NCBI GenBank assembly: GCA_945878025.1
Contig: CAMDXM010000001.1
Span: forward strand, 2,109 to 66,108
DNA: 64,000 bases
Source: Pseudorhodoplanes sinuspersici
GTDB lineage: Bacteria; Pseudomonadota; Alphaproteobacteria; Rhizobiales; Xanthobacteraceae
Direction of reading: 5' to 3'
A program made the translations under genes and the position numbers. Of this stretch, positions 48,660 to 58,406 are shown one piece after another; within the stretch, counting starts at the first letter, position 1, and every line of letters begins with the position of its first letter. Under the pieces are notes generated by a model. It was not told where the DNA came from and searched no databases. It saw only the letters and a program-made list of their open reading frames with translations.

Positions 48660-48845
48660 GGGACTTCGATCTTGATGGCTTTTGGGCCGGCCGCTGCCGG
48701 GCGCGGCGTCTTACCAGACAGGGCCGGAACTGGCGAGGCCGGCGCCTGCGCATCGTAAATGGCGGCAATTCCAGTTGAATCCGGTCATGCAGCGGTCCAC
48801 AGGCAGACATTGATAATACGCAGCAGCCGGCCCACATTCGGCGCC

Positions 48846-51800
48846 ATGCCAGCCAAATCAGCCGCCAAAGCTGCAAAAAAAGCTATCCCGACAGCCGCGC
48901 TCGGCGCGCGTCCGATCAAGAAAGGCGACCACGTCTTCCTGGTCGACGGATCGGGCTACATTTTCCGCGCCTATCACGCGCTGCCGCCGCTCAGCCGCAA
49001 ATCCGACGGCTTGCAGGTCAATGCCGTGCTCGGCTTCTGCAACATGCTGTGGAAATTGCTGCGCGATATGAAGCCGGAAGACCGGCCGACGCATCTCGCG
49101 GTGGTGTTCGACAAATCGGAAAAGACGTTCCGCACGGAAATGTATCCCGAATACAAGGCCAACCGCGACGCGCCGCCGGACGACCTCATTCCGCAATTCC
49201 CGCTCATTCGCCACGCGGTGCACGCCTTCGACATCCCCTGCCTCGAACAGGCCGGCTATGAGGCCGACGACCTGATCGCGACCTATGCGCGGCTCGCCAA
49301 CGAGGCGAAGGCAACGACAACGATCGTCTCCTCCGACAAGGATCTGATGCAGCTCGTCGGCCCGACCGTCGTCATGTACGACACCATGAAGGACAAGCGG
49401 ATCGGCCGCGACGAGGTGATCGAGAAATTCGGCGTGCCGCCGGAAAAAGTCATCGAGGTCCAGTCGCTGATCGGCGATACCAGCGACAACGTGCCGGGCG
49501 TGCCGGGCATCGGCGTCAAGACCGCCGCACAATTGATCGGCGAATATGGCGACCTTGAAACGCTGCTGGCGCGCGCCGGCGAGATCAAGCAGGACAAGCG
49601 CCGCCAGACCCTGATCGACAATGCCGAGCAGGCGCGCATCTCCAAGCGCCTGGTCACGCTCGACCAGCATGTCGATCTGCACACGCCGATCGACGACCTC
49701 CTGGTGCACGAGCCGGACTACAAGAACCTGATCGCGTTCCTCAAGGCGATGGAATTTTCCACCCTCACCCGCCGCGTGGCGGAAGCGGCCGAAATCGATG
49801 CCGCGCAGGTCGAGCCGGATTCGCGGCTGGTGTCGAGCAAGGCCCTCATCCCTCCCCTTGCAGGGGAGGGTGGCGCCGCGTCAGCGGCGCCGGGTGGGGT
49901 CACCGCAGACAAGGGCCTCACCCGGCAGCAGCCTTCGGCTGCCACCCTCCCCCTTTCAGGGGGAGGGAAAAGAGAGGCAGCGGCCGGCGACATGACGCCG
50001 ATTTCGCTCGCTGCCGTGCGCGCACAGAAAATCCGCGCCCTGCCGGTCGACCGCTCCAGATACGAGGTCGTGCGCGACCTTGCGCGGCTGAAAGCCTGGA
50101 TGCAGCGCGCGATCGAGGAAGGCGTGCTCGCGGTCGACACCGAGACCACGAGCCTCGATCCGATGCAGGCTACCTTGTGCGGCTTCTCGCTCGCGGTGAC
50201 GCCGAACGAAGCTTGTTACGTGCCGCTGGCGCATCGCAAGAACGGCGCCGATGAAGGGTTATTCGACGGCGGCCTCGAGGACCACCAGATTCTCGAAAAA
50301 GATGCGATCGACGCGATCAAGCCGGTGCTGGAAGATCCCGGCATCCTCAAAGTCGGCCAGAACCTGAAATTCGACTGGCAGGTATTCTCCCAGCGCGGTA
50401 TTTCCATCGCTCCGCTCGACGACACCATGCTGCAATCCTATGTGCTCGATGCCGGCCGTTCGGATCACGGAATGGATCCGCTCGCGATGCGCTATCTCGA
50501 TCACAAGACGATCGAGTTCAACGAGGTGACCGGCACGGGAAAATCGCGCATCACCTTCGACTGCGTGGAGATCGGCAAGGCGTCCGAATATGCCGCGGAA
50601 GACGCCGACATCACGCTGCGGCTGTGGCTTGCGATCAAGCCGCGGCTCGCCGCCGAGCATATGACCAGCGTGTATGAGACGCTGGAGCGGCCGATGGTGC
50701 CGGTGCTGGCGCGCATGGAGCAGCGCGGCATTTCCATCGACCGGCAAGTGCTGGCGCGGCTCTCTGGCGAATTCGCAAAAGATGCCGAACGCCTCGAACA
50801 GGAGATCCAGAAGCTCGCGGGGCAACCGGTGAATCCCGGAAGCCCGAAGCAACTCGGCGACGTGCTGTTCGGTTCGCTCGGCCTGCCCGGCGGCACCAAA
50901 ACAAAAACCGGCGCGTGGTCGACTTCGGCCTCCGTGCTCGAGGATCTTGCCGAAGCAGGCCACGAATTGCCGCAGAAAATTCTCGACTGGCGGCAGGTCA
51001 GTAAACTGCGCTCGACCTATACCGACGCGCTGCCGAATTTCGTCAATCCGAAAACACAGCGCGTGCACACAAGCTACGCGCTGGCGGCGACCACCACCGG
51101 CCGGCTGTCTTCCTCCGAGCCGAATCTGCAGAATATTCCGGTGCGCAACGAACAAGGCCGGAAAATTCGTCGCGCCTTCATCGCCGCCAAGGGCAACAAG
51201 CTCGTCTCAGCCGACTATTCGCAGATCGAATTGCGCCTGCTTGCCGAAATTGCCGACGTGCCGGCGCTCCGCCAAGCCTTCAAGGACGGCATCGACATTC
51301 ATGCTTTGACGGCGTCGGAAATGTTCGGCGTACCGGTGAAGGACATGCCAGGCGACGTGCGCCGGCGTGCCAAGGCGATCAATTTCGGAATCATCTACGG
51401 CATCTCGGCCTTCGGGCTCGCCAACCAGCTCGGCATCGCACGCGAGGAGGCTGGCGCTTATATCAAAAAGTATTTCGAGCGCTTTCCCGGCATTCGCGCT
51501 TACATGGACGAGACGCGCGAATTCTGCCGCGAACACGGCTACGTGGTCACGCTGTTCGGCCGCAAGTGTCATTACCCCGACATCAAGGCCAGCAATCCGT
51601 CGATACGCTCATTCAATGAGCGCGCCGCAATCAATGCGCGGCTGCAGGGTTCCGCCGCCGACATCATCCGCCGCGCCATGATCCGCATGGACGATGCGCT
51701 CGCCAAGGCCAAGCTCTCGGCGCAGATGCTTTTACAGGTTCATGACGAACTGATCTTCGAGGTGCCGGAGAAGGAAGTGGAGCGCACGCTTCCGGTCGTG

Positions 51801-51899
51801 AAAAAAGTCATGGAAGACGCGCCGCATCCGGCTTTGCAGCTGCATGTTCCGCTGCAGGTCGATGCACGGGCGGCGGATAACTGGGACGAGGCGCATTAG
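48846..51899 (+). CDS. polA: DNA polymerase I
   Basis: 5'-3' exonuclease (LVDGSGYIFRAYHA), 3'-5' exonuclease (VDTETT), polymerase motifs SADYSQIELR, KAINFGIIYG, QVHDEL; start set at MPAK (48846). Confidence 0.98.
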   Translation: MPAKSAAKAAKKAIPTAALGARPIKKGDHVFLVDGSGYIFRAYHALPPLSRKSDGLQVNAVLGFCNMLWKLLRDMKPEDRPTHLAVVFDKSEKTFRTEMYPEYKANRDAPPDDLIPQFPLIRHAVHAFDIPCLEQAGYEADDLIATYARLANEAKATTTIVSSDKDLMQLVGPTVVMYDTMKDKRIGRDEVIEKFGVPPEKVIEVQSLIGDTSDNVPGVPGIGVKTAAQLIGEYGDLETLLARAGEIKQDKRRQTLIDNAEQARISKRLVTLDQHVDLHTPIDDLLVHEPDYKNLIAFLKAMEFSTLTRRVAEAAEIDAAQVEPDSRLVSSKALIPPLAGEGGAASAAPGGVTADKGLTRQQPSAATLPLSGGGKREAAAGDMTPISLAAVRAQKIRALPVDRSRYEVVRDLARLKAWMQRAIEEGVLAVDTETTSLDPMQATLCGFSLAVTPNEACYVPLAHRKNGADEGLFDGGLEDHQILEKDAIDAIKPVLEDPGILKVGQNLKFDWQVFSQRGISIAPLDDTMLQSYVLDAGRSDHGMDPLAMRYLDHKTIEFNEVTGTGKSRITFDCVEIGKASEYAAEDADITLRLWLAIKPRLAAEHMTSVYETLERPMVPVLARMEQRGISIDRQVLARLSGEFAKDAERLEQEIQKLAGQPVNPGSPKQLGDVLFGSLGLPGGTKTKTGAWSTSASVLEDLAEAGHELPQKILDWRQVSKLRSTYTDALPNFVNPKTQRVHTSYALAATTTGRLSSSEPNLQNIPVRNEQGRKIRRAFIAAKGNKLVSADYSQIELRLLAEIADVPALRQAFKDGIDIHALTASEMFGVPVKDMPGDVRRRAKAINFGIIYGISAFGLANQLGIAREEAGAYIKKYFERFPGIRAYMDETREFCREHGYVVTLFGRKCHYPDIKASNPSIRSFNERAAINARLQGSAADIIRRAMIRMDDALAKAKLSAQMLLQVHDELIFEVPEKEVERTLPVVKKVMEDAPHPALQLHVPLQVDARAADNWDEAH
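49850..49967. repeat. Family F palindromic element inside the polA ORF
   Basis: Five hairpins bounded by CCCTCCCC/GGGGAGGG stems at both ends; read in frame. Confidence 0.85.
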
Positions 51900-51921
51900 A
51901 AGCATCGACGGCCTCTCAGCC

Positions 51922-52093
51922 GTCATGGCCGGACTTGTTCCAGCCATCCACGTCTTGCTTTGCCGCGACATCCAAGAAAGACGTGGATGGCATCGGAAGT
52001 CGGGCTTGCCCGACTTCCGTGTAATTTAATGTCGCAAGTCGGGTATACCCGACTTGCGATGTCTTCGCGCTACGCGCTTCGTCCGGCCATGAC
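51922..52093. repeat. Palindromic repeat family C with a nested family B element (51991-52061)
   Basis: 13-bp perfect IR GTCATGGCCGGAC/GTCCGGCCATGAC; internal CCATCCACGTC/GACGTGGATGG stem. Confidence 0.9.
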
Positions 52094-52113
52094 GATGGGG
52101 ATAGGGCTGGTCT

Positions 52114-52140
52114 GCGCTTCGCTCGCGCCCCGGAATGACG
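52114..52140. repeat. Right half of a family D repeat
   Basis: GCGCCCCGGAATGACG without its GTCATTCCGGGG partner. Confidence 0.6.
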
Positions 52141-52169
52141 TATGAGAATGCGTCCGTCCCCGCAGCCCA

Positions 52170-52811
52170 ATGGAACCGATGCCCACGACCACCACGCTCC
52201 TCGCCTTCGCCCTGATCTCGCTCGGGATGGTGCTCACCCCCGGCCCGAACATGATCTACCTGATCTCGCGCTCGATTACCCAGGGCTGGGTCGCGGGCCT
52301 GATCTCGCTCGGCGGCGTGGCGCTTGGGTTTGTCTTCTACATGCTGTGCGCGGCCTTCGGCATCACCGCGCTCGTGTTCGCGGTGCCTTATGCCTATGAC
52401 GCGCTGCGCTTCGCGGGCGCGGCGTATCTTCTGTGGCTCGCCTGGCAGGCGATCCGACCCGGCGGGCAATCGCCCTTCCAGGTGAAAAAATTGCCGGTCG
52501 ATGGCCCGAAAAAATTATTCGCGATGGGACTTGTGACGAACTTGCTCAATCCGAAGATCGCGATGCTTTATCTCTCGTTGCTGCCGCAATTCATCGATCC
52601 GGCTGCCAATGTGCTGACGCAATCGGTCGCGCTTGGCTTCACGCAGATCGCGGTCAGCGTCACGGTGAATGCGATGATCGCGCTCGCCGCCGGTTCGATC
52701 GCGGCCTTTCTCGGCGCGCGTCCGGTCTGGCTCCTGGTACAGCGCTGGCTGATGGGCGCGGTGCTTGCCGGGCTCGCGTTGAGAATGGCATTTGAGGCAC
52801 GGCGCGCATGA
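52170..52811 (+). CDS. LysE/RhtB family amino-acid exporter
   Basis: [23 protein letters not shown]. Confidence 0.93.
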   Translation: MEPMPTTTTLLAFALISLGMVLTPGPNMIYLISRSITQGWVAGLISLGGVALGFVFYMLCAAFGITALVFAVPYAYDALRFAGAAYLLWLAWQAIRPGGQSPFQVKKLPVDGPKKLFAMGLVTNLLNPKIAMLYLSLLPQFIDPAANVLTQSVALGFTQIAVSVTVNAMIALAAGSIAAFLGARPVWLLVQRWLMGAVLAGLALRMAFEARRA

Positions 52812-53395
52812 GCAGGATGGCAAACATGAAAGCGTCCGGCACCAGCGCGCGCGCGCGCCTCGCCGAGATCATCCGCACGCGCTCATTCGGGCGCGGAGAG
52901 ATCACGCTCGCCTCGGGACGCAAGAGCGATTTCTATTTCAATCTCAAACCGACCATGCTCGACGCCGAGGGCGCGAGCCTGCTGGCGGAACTCACGCTCG
53001 ACGCGCTCGCGGGCGAAAAGATCGACTATGTCGGCGGGCTTGAGATGGGCGCGGTGCCGATCGCGGGCGCGATCGCGCAACTGAGCTTCATGAAGGGCCA
53101 TCCGATCCAGGCGTTCTTCGTGCGCAAGAAGCCGAAGGAACATGGCGCCAAGCTCACGGTCGAGGGCCTTGCGCGCGGCGAGAGCCTGCAGGGAAAACGC
53201 GTCGTGGTCGTGGAAGACGTCACCACCACCGGCGGCTCGGCGCTCAAAGCGGTCGAGGTGGTGCGCGAGGCCGGCGGCGAAGTCGCGCTTGTGTTCACCA
53301 TGGTCGACCGCGAGGAAGGCGCCGCCGAAACTTTCAAGGATGCCGGCTTGCCATTCCGTTCGCTTTACCGAGCGGGTGAATTTCTCAAGGGCTGA
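52808..53395 (+). CDS. pyrE: Orotate phosphoribosyltransferase
   Basis: [41 protein letters not shown]. Confidence 0.96.
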   Translation: MSRMANMKASGTSARARLAEIIRTRSFGRGEITLASGRKSDFYFNLKPTMLDAEGASLLAELTLDALAGEKIDYVGGLEMGAVPIAGAIAQLSFMKGHPIQAFFVRKKPKEHGAKLTVEGLARGESLQGKRVVVVEDVTTTGGSALKAVEVVREAGGEVALVFTMVDREEGAAETFKDAGLPFRSLYRAGEFLKG

Positions 53396-53495
53396 CGGCG
53401 CGAGCGCGGCGGAAAAGCCGCGCGTCGCCTCGCCGCATGGGCAGGGTTGATCGCGTTTGCCAGAAGCATGGCTGACAAACGTGATAAATTACCCA

Positions 53496-54926
53496 ATGAT
53501 CCGCCGCTTCGCCGCCGCGCTTGCCGCGTGCGTCTTTTTTTCTTGCATGACCACGCCCGCGCAGGCCGCCGCGTTCGATGGCGCGGCGCTGACCTTTCCT
53601 TGGGCGCTGCCTTTCGCCGGCATCCTCATTTCGATCGCGACCGGGCCGCTCCTGTTTCCGAAGCTCTGGCACCATCATTACGGAAAAATCGCAACGCTGT
53701 GGGCCGCGCTCGCGCTTGCCCCGATCGCATTCGTTTTCGGCGTGCCGGCCGCTTTCGGAGCCTTGGTGCATGCCGTGGTGGCGGAATATCTGAGCTTCAT
53801 CGTATTGCTGTTCGCGCTCTATACGGTCGCGGGCGGGATTCTGGTGACCGGCGACCTGCGCGGGACGCCGGCGGTCAATACCGGCATTCTCGCGCTCGGC
53901 ACAAGCATGGCCAGTATTGTCGGCACCACCGGCGCGGCCATGATCCTGATCCGCCCGCTGCTGCGCGCCAACCGCACCCGCGCCAGCAATGTGCATGTCG
54001 TCATCTTCTTCATCATTCTTGTCGCCAATATCGGCGGCGCGCTCAGTCCGCTCGGCGATCCGCCCTTGTTCGTCGGCTTCCTGCGCGGCATCGATTTCTT
54101 CTGGACCGCGCAGCATCTCTGGCTGCAGACAGCGATCGTTTCCGTGCTGGTGCTCGCGCTTTTCTTCGCGGCCGACCTTTGGTTCGCCCGGCGCGACGGC
54201 CTGCCAAAACGCGCCTCCAAGAAGCCTGCGCCAATCCGCATCCGCGGCCGCATCAATTTCATTCTGATCGCACTTATCGTCGCGGCGATCCTCATCTCGG
54301 CGATCTGGCAGCCGGGCGCGGCCTTCGACATTTTCGGCACGCCGATGGCGCTGCAGAATCTCGTGCGCGACGCCGCATTGATCGGCATTGCGCTGCTCTC
54401 GCTCTGGCTCACGCCGAACGAGCATCGCGCGTCCAACGGATTTACCTTCGAGCCGATCCGCGAAGTAGCGATCCTGTTCGCGGGGATTTTCGTCGCCATC
54501 GTTCCGGTGCTGGCGATGCTGCAGGCCGGACGCGCCGGGCCTTTCGCCTTCCTGCTCACCGCCGTCACCGCCAATGACGGGCTGCCGCACGAGGCCGCCT
54601 ATTTCTGGCTGACCGGAATTCTCTCGGCCTTCCTCGACAACGCGCCGACCTATCTCGTCTTCTTCGAGCTCGCGGGCGGCGACGCGGCAAGACTGATGGG
54701 TCCGCTCGCAGGAACGCTCGCCGCGATCTCGATGGGCGCGGTCTATATGGGCGCGCTCACCTATATCGGGAACGCGCCCAATTTCATGATCTATGCGATC
54801 GCGACCGAAAACGGGGTGAAGATGCCGAGCTTCTTCGGCTATCTGTTCTGGGCCGCGCTGATCCTCGTGCCGCTGTTCATGCTGCTCACGCTGCTGCCGA
54901 TTTCTCCGATCCTGAAATTCGGCTAG
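53496..54926 (+). CDS. Ion-transporter (IT) superfamily permease (putative Na+/H+ antiporter or carboxylate transporter)
   Basis: GTTGAAM, ANIGGALSPLGDPPLF.GFL, SAFLDNAPTY, TYIGNAPNFM. Confidence 0.82.
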   Translation: MIRRFAAALAACVFFSCMTTPAQAAAFDGAALTFPWALPFAGILISIATGPLLFPKLWHHHYGKIATLWAALALAPIAFVFGVPAAFGALVHAVVAEYLSFIVLLFALYTVAGGILVTGDLRGTPAVNTGILALGTSMASIVGTTGAAMILIRPLLRANRTRASNVHVVIFFIILVANIGGALSPLGDPPLFVGFLRGIDFFWTAQHLWLQTAIVSVLVLALFFAADLWFARRDGLPKRASKKPAPIRIRGRINFILIALIVAAILISAIWQPGAAFDIFGTPMALQNLVRDAALIGIALLSLWLTPNEHRASNGFTFEPIREVAILFAGIFVAIVPVLAMLQAGRAGPFAFLLTAVTANDGLPHEAAYFWLTGILSAFLDNAPTYLVFFELAGGDAARLMGPLAGTLAAISMGAVYMGALTYIGNAPNFMIYAIATENGVKMPSFFGYLFWAALILVPLFMLLTLLPISPILKFG

Positions 54927-56197
54927 CGAACCGTCGCGACCGCGACCGTGGCCGGCTGCGGGACATCGGTGCGCTTCCTGTGGGGGGCATCCGGATGCCA
55001 GCCAAGAACAGCCAGCATCACAAAGAAGCCGATGACGTAGGCGAGAGCGACATGCCAGCCGTGGCGCAGCCACAGCCCGACCGATTTCGCCTCCGGATAC
55101 ATGTTGGACAGCGCAACGCCGGCGGACGAGCCGAACCAGATCATGGATCCGCCGAAGCCGACCGCATAGGCGAGGAAGCCCCAGTCATAGCCGCCCTGCT
55201 TGAGCGCGAGCGCGGTGAGCGGGATGTTGTCGAACACGGCGGAGACGAAGCCGAGGCCGAGCGCGGTCTGCCAGGATGCGAGCGGAAGCTTCTCGACCGG
55301 CATCATCGACGCGCAGGTGACCAGCGAAAGCAGGAAGATGGTGCCCATGAAGGTTTCCGGCATCACTTCCCAATCCGGCCGCCGCAGCGGCGCGGTCAGA
55401 AGAATCACCGCCCAGACCGCAAGCCCGATCACCGGAAGCATGTCGAGCAAGGCCGGGAAGCGGACATTCGCGATCACGTTGGCAAGAATGGCCACGATCA
55501 GGATCGCCGCGACGATCCCCAGCCTGATCCATTCGATCTTCAATCCACGCGGCGCGTGCTTTTTGATCGGCGAATAAGCATGCTGCTGGAACGACGCCGG
55601 GATGCCGAAGATCACGATCGCGACGGAAGCCGCGACAAACGCCTCCAGCACGCTGAGCGGACTGACGCCGTCGATCCACATCATGGTGGTCGTGGTGTCG
55701 CCGACCACGCTGCCGGAGCCGCCGGCATTGGAGGCCGCGACGATGGCCGCGAGATAGCCGATATGGACTTTTCCGCGGAACACATGCCGCGCCATGGTGC
55801 CGCCGATCAGCGCGGCGGCGATATTGTCGAGGAAGCTCGAAATCACCGCGATCACGACCAGCAGCACGAAGCCGCCCTTCCAGTCGTCCGGCAGGAAGGC
55901 CGGCATCTCGTCGGGCACGCCGCTCTTCTCGAAATGGCGCGACAGCAGCGCGAAGCCCATCAGCAGCAGGAACAGGTTCGCGAGGATCACCCATTCGTGC
56001 TGCATGTGCAGCGCGAGGCCCGCCAACCCGGCGCCGAACTTGAAGCCGGTGAAAACGAGCTTGTAGAGCGTGATCGCGGCGAGACCAGTCAGCGCGACCG
56101 CCAGGGTATGATGGTGAAACAATGCAACGCCGAGCAGCGTCAGTCCGAACAGAATGAAATCGACTGGAATGCCCAGCAGCATTATCGGCTCAACCAT
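54923..56197 (-). CDS. IT superfamily permease (NhaD/ArsB/CitMHS-like)
   Basis: SSFLDNIAA, NAGG.GSVVGDTTT, SAVFDNIPL, WFGSSAGV. Confidence 0.82.
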   Translation of the reverse strand: MVEPIMLLGIPVDFILFGLTLLGVALFHHHTLAVALTGLAAITLYKLVFTGFKFGAGLAGLALHMQHEWVILANLFLLLMGFALLSRHFEKSGVPDEMPAFLPDDWKGGFVLLVVIAVISSFLDNIAAALIGGTMARHVFRGKVHIGYLAAIVAASNAGGSGSVVGDTTTTMMWIDGVSPLSVLEAFVAASVAIVIFGIPASFQQHAYSPIKKHAPRGLKIEWIRLGIVAAILIVAILANVIANVRFPALLDMLPVIGLAVWAVILLTAPLRRPDWEVMPETFMGTIFLLSLVTCASMMPVEKLPLASWQTALGLGFVSAVFDNIPLTALALKQGGYDWGFLAYAVGFGGSMIWFGSSAGVALSNMYPEAKSVGLWLRHGWHVALAYVIGFFVMLAVLGWHPDAPHRKRTDVPQPATVAVATVR

Positions 56198-56515
56198 GCC
56201 CCTTGATCTCCCCCCAGGATTGTTTCCGCGGCCGCTTGGATGCTTACGGCCTTGCCCCGGCCTCTTCTAGCGTGCGGGATCGGGGCGGGCCAAGCGGAAA
56301 CAGCGAACGAAAGCAAGGCGAATGGCCGCGATCGGGGTCCCGGATGGCAGAACGACTCGCCCATCATTTGAGCGGCCGCGCGAACGGCGCGTTTACCGCT
56401 CTGCTTTAACTTTGAACCGGCTGCGCGCCCGGGCCGACCAACGCCCAGATGCAACCTTTGGCTACCCTGCGCGTTACCTGGGCAGCCGGAGTTTATCGTT
56501 TTTTGGGGACTTGCC

Positions 56516-57187
56516 GTGACCGTCAATCGACCCGTTTCCCGCTCGCTGGCTGCGATGATTGCAGCCGCGGTGCTTTCGGCAGCGATGCCGGCGCCCGCCT
56601 CGGCGCAGGGGCTGTTCGATTTCCTGTTCGGCACCCGCCGCTCGGCGCCGCAACCTGTCCCATCCTATGCCGATCCCGGCGATCCGCAGAGCGCCGATGC
56701 CGGCGAACGCGCCGATCGCTCCGCTGGCGGTCCCGCCGTCGCTTTCTGCGTGCGAACCTGCGACGGGCACTTCTTTCCGATCCAGCGTAATTCCAGCGCG
56801 TCGCCGGTCGAAACCTGCCAGTCGCTCTGCCCGGCCGCCACGACCAAAATCTATAACGGCAGCGGAATCGCGAGCGCCGTGTCGCTCGACGGCAAGCGTT
56901 ATTCCGACCTGCCGAATGCCTTCGCCTATCGCGACAAGATCGTTTCGAATTGCACCTGTAACGGCAAGACCGCGTTCGGCCTGGCCAATATCGACGTGAA
57001 AAGCGATCCGACGCTCAAGCCCGGCGACATCGTCGCCACGCATGAAGGGCTCACGCAGTTTCGCGCCGGCGCGCGGCGCGGCGCGGGGGAGTTCACCCCG
57101 ATCAGCAAAGCCGTGCTGATGGCCGACAAGAAACTGTCCGGCCTCAAGGTGGCGCCGCGCGGCGACGAGCCTGTCGGCGTCGACTAA
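56516..57187 (+). CDS. DUF2865-like exported cysteine-containing protein
   Basis: Signal peptide, FCVRTCDGHFFP, C...CP, YSDLPNAF.YR, CTC, D.TL..GDIV. Confidence 0.75.
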   Translation: MTVNRPVSRSLAAMIAAAVLSAAMPAPASAQGLFDFLFGTRRSAPQPVPSYADPGDPQSADAGERADRSAGGPAVAFCVRTCDGHFFPIQRNSSASPVETCQSLCPAATTKIYNGSGIASAVSLDGKRYSDLPNAFAYRDKIVSNCTCNGKTAFGLANIDVKSDPTLKPGDIVATHEGLTQFRAGARRGAGEFTPISKAVLMADKKLSGLKVAPRGDEPVGVD

Positions 57188-57210
57188 TTTCGATCCTTTG
57201 GTCGAACTTA

Positions 57211-57313
57211 TCCGACCTCATCCTGAGGAACGGTTCGAAGAACCGCGTCTCGAAGGACGAGGTCGGCCCCATCCTTCGAGACGCATTGCTTCGCAATGCT
57301 CCTCAGGATGAGG
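57211..57313. repeat. Palindromic repeat family A, copy 3 (uninterrupted)
   Basis: CCTCATCCTGAGGA...TCCTCAGGATGAGG; right end overlaps the lhgO-like stop. Confidence 0.9.
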
Positions 57314-58406
57314 CCGGACGCAGCCGCCCCATCACATCCTGCGCGATCGACAGCGCAGAGGTGAGCCCCGGCGATTCGATTCCGAACAGATGCACAAGCC
57401 CGGCCATGCCGTGCTGCGCCGGGCCTTCGATCATGAAATCGGCGGCGGGTTGTCCCGGCGCGGTGAGCTTCGGACGGATGCCGGAATAATCCGGGACCAA
57501 CGTCCCGTCGGCGAGCGCCGGCCAATAGCTGCGGATGCGGGCGTAGAATGAATCGGCGCGGCGGGGATCGACCTCGTAATGCTCGGCCTCGATCCATTCG
57601 ACATCGGGACCAAAACGCATGCGACCGGCGAGATCGAGCGTGACATGCACGCCGAGCCCGCCATCGACCGGCGTCGGATAGATCAGCCGCGAGAAAACCG
57701 GCCGGCCCGCATAGCTGAAATAGTTTCCCTTTGCGAGCACGAGCGGCGGCACGCGCTGCTCGGGATAACCGTCTGTCTTTCGCGCCAGGCCTTGCGCGCC
57801 GAGACCCGCGGAATTGATCACCGCATCCGCCTGCATATTGCCGGCCTCGCGTCCGCCGAAGCGAACCTCCCAGCCGCCCGCTTTCGGCGTCAGACGCTCG
57901 ACCGGCGTTTCGAACGCGATCACGCCGCCGCTATTCTCCAGATCGCCCTGCAAGGCGAGCATGAAGGAATGGCCGTCGATGATTCCGGTTTCCGGAGACG
58001 TGAGCGCGGCGATGCAGGATAATTCCGGCTCGAGCGCCCGCGCCGCGTTACCGCCGATCAGTTCCAGGCCCTCGACGCCGTTCTTCTGGCCTTGCGCATG
58101 CAGCGTCTCGACCTTGGCGCGCTCGGCGTCGCTGGTCGCGACGATCAGCTTGCCGCATTTGCGGTGCGGGACGCCGTGGCTCTCGCAGAATTCGTACAGC
58201 ATCCGGTTGCCGCGCACGCAATGTTTCGCGCGCAGCGAGCCGGACGGATAATACATTCCGGCATGGATGACTTCGCTGTTGCGGGACGACACGCCCGTGC
58301 CGATGCCGCTTGCCGCTTCCGCGACGATGACATCGTGACCCGCCATCGCGGCCGCGCGTGTGATTGCGAGACCGACGACGCCGGCGCCTATGACCAGAAT
58401 TTGCAA
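57303..58406 (-). CDS. lhgO: FAD-dependent oxidoreductase, L-2-hydroxyglutarate oxidase-like
   Basis: IGAGVVG, SSRNSEVIHAG.YY..GSL.A, GLGVH.TLD..G..RFGPD, GIRPK, GIESPGLTS. Confidence 0.85.
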   Translation of the reverse strand: MQILVIGAGVVGLAITRAAAMAGHDVIVAEAASGIGTGVSSRNSEVIHAGMYYPSGSLRAKHCVRGNRMLYEFCESHGVPHRKCGKLIVATSDAERAKVETLHAQGQKNGVEGLELIGGNAARALEPELSCIAALTSPETGIIDGHSFMLALQGDLENSGGVIAFETPVERLTPKAGGWEVRFGGREAGNMQADAVINSAGLGAQGLARKTDGYPEQRVPPLVLAKGNYFSYAGRPVFSRLIYPTPVDGGLGVHVTLDLAGRMRFGPDVEWIEAEHYEVDPRRADSFYARIRSYWPALADGTLVPDYSGIRPKLTAPGQPAADFMIEGPAQHGMAGLVHLFGIESPGLTSALSIAQDVMGRLRPASS

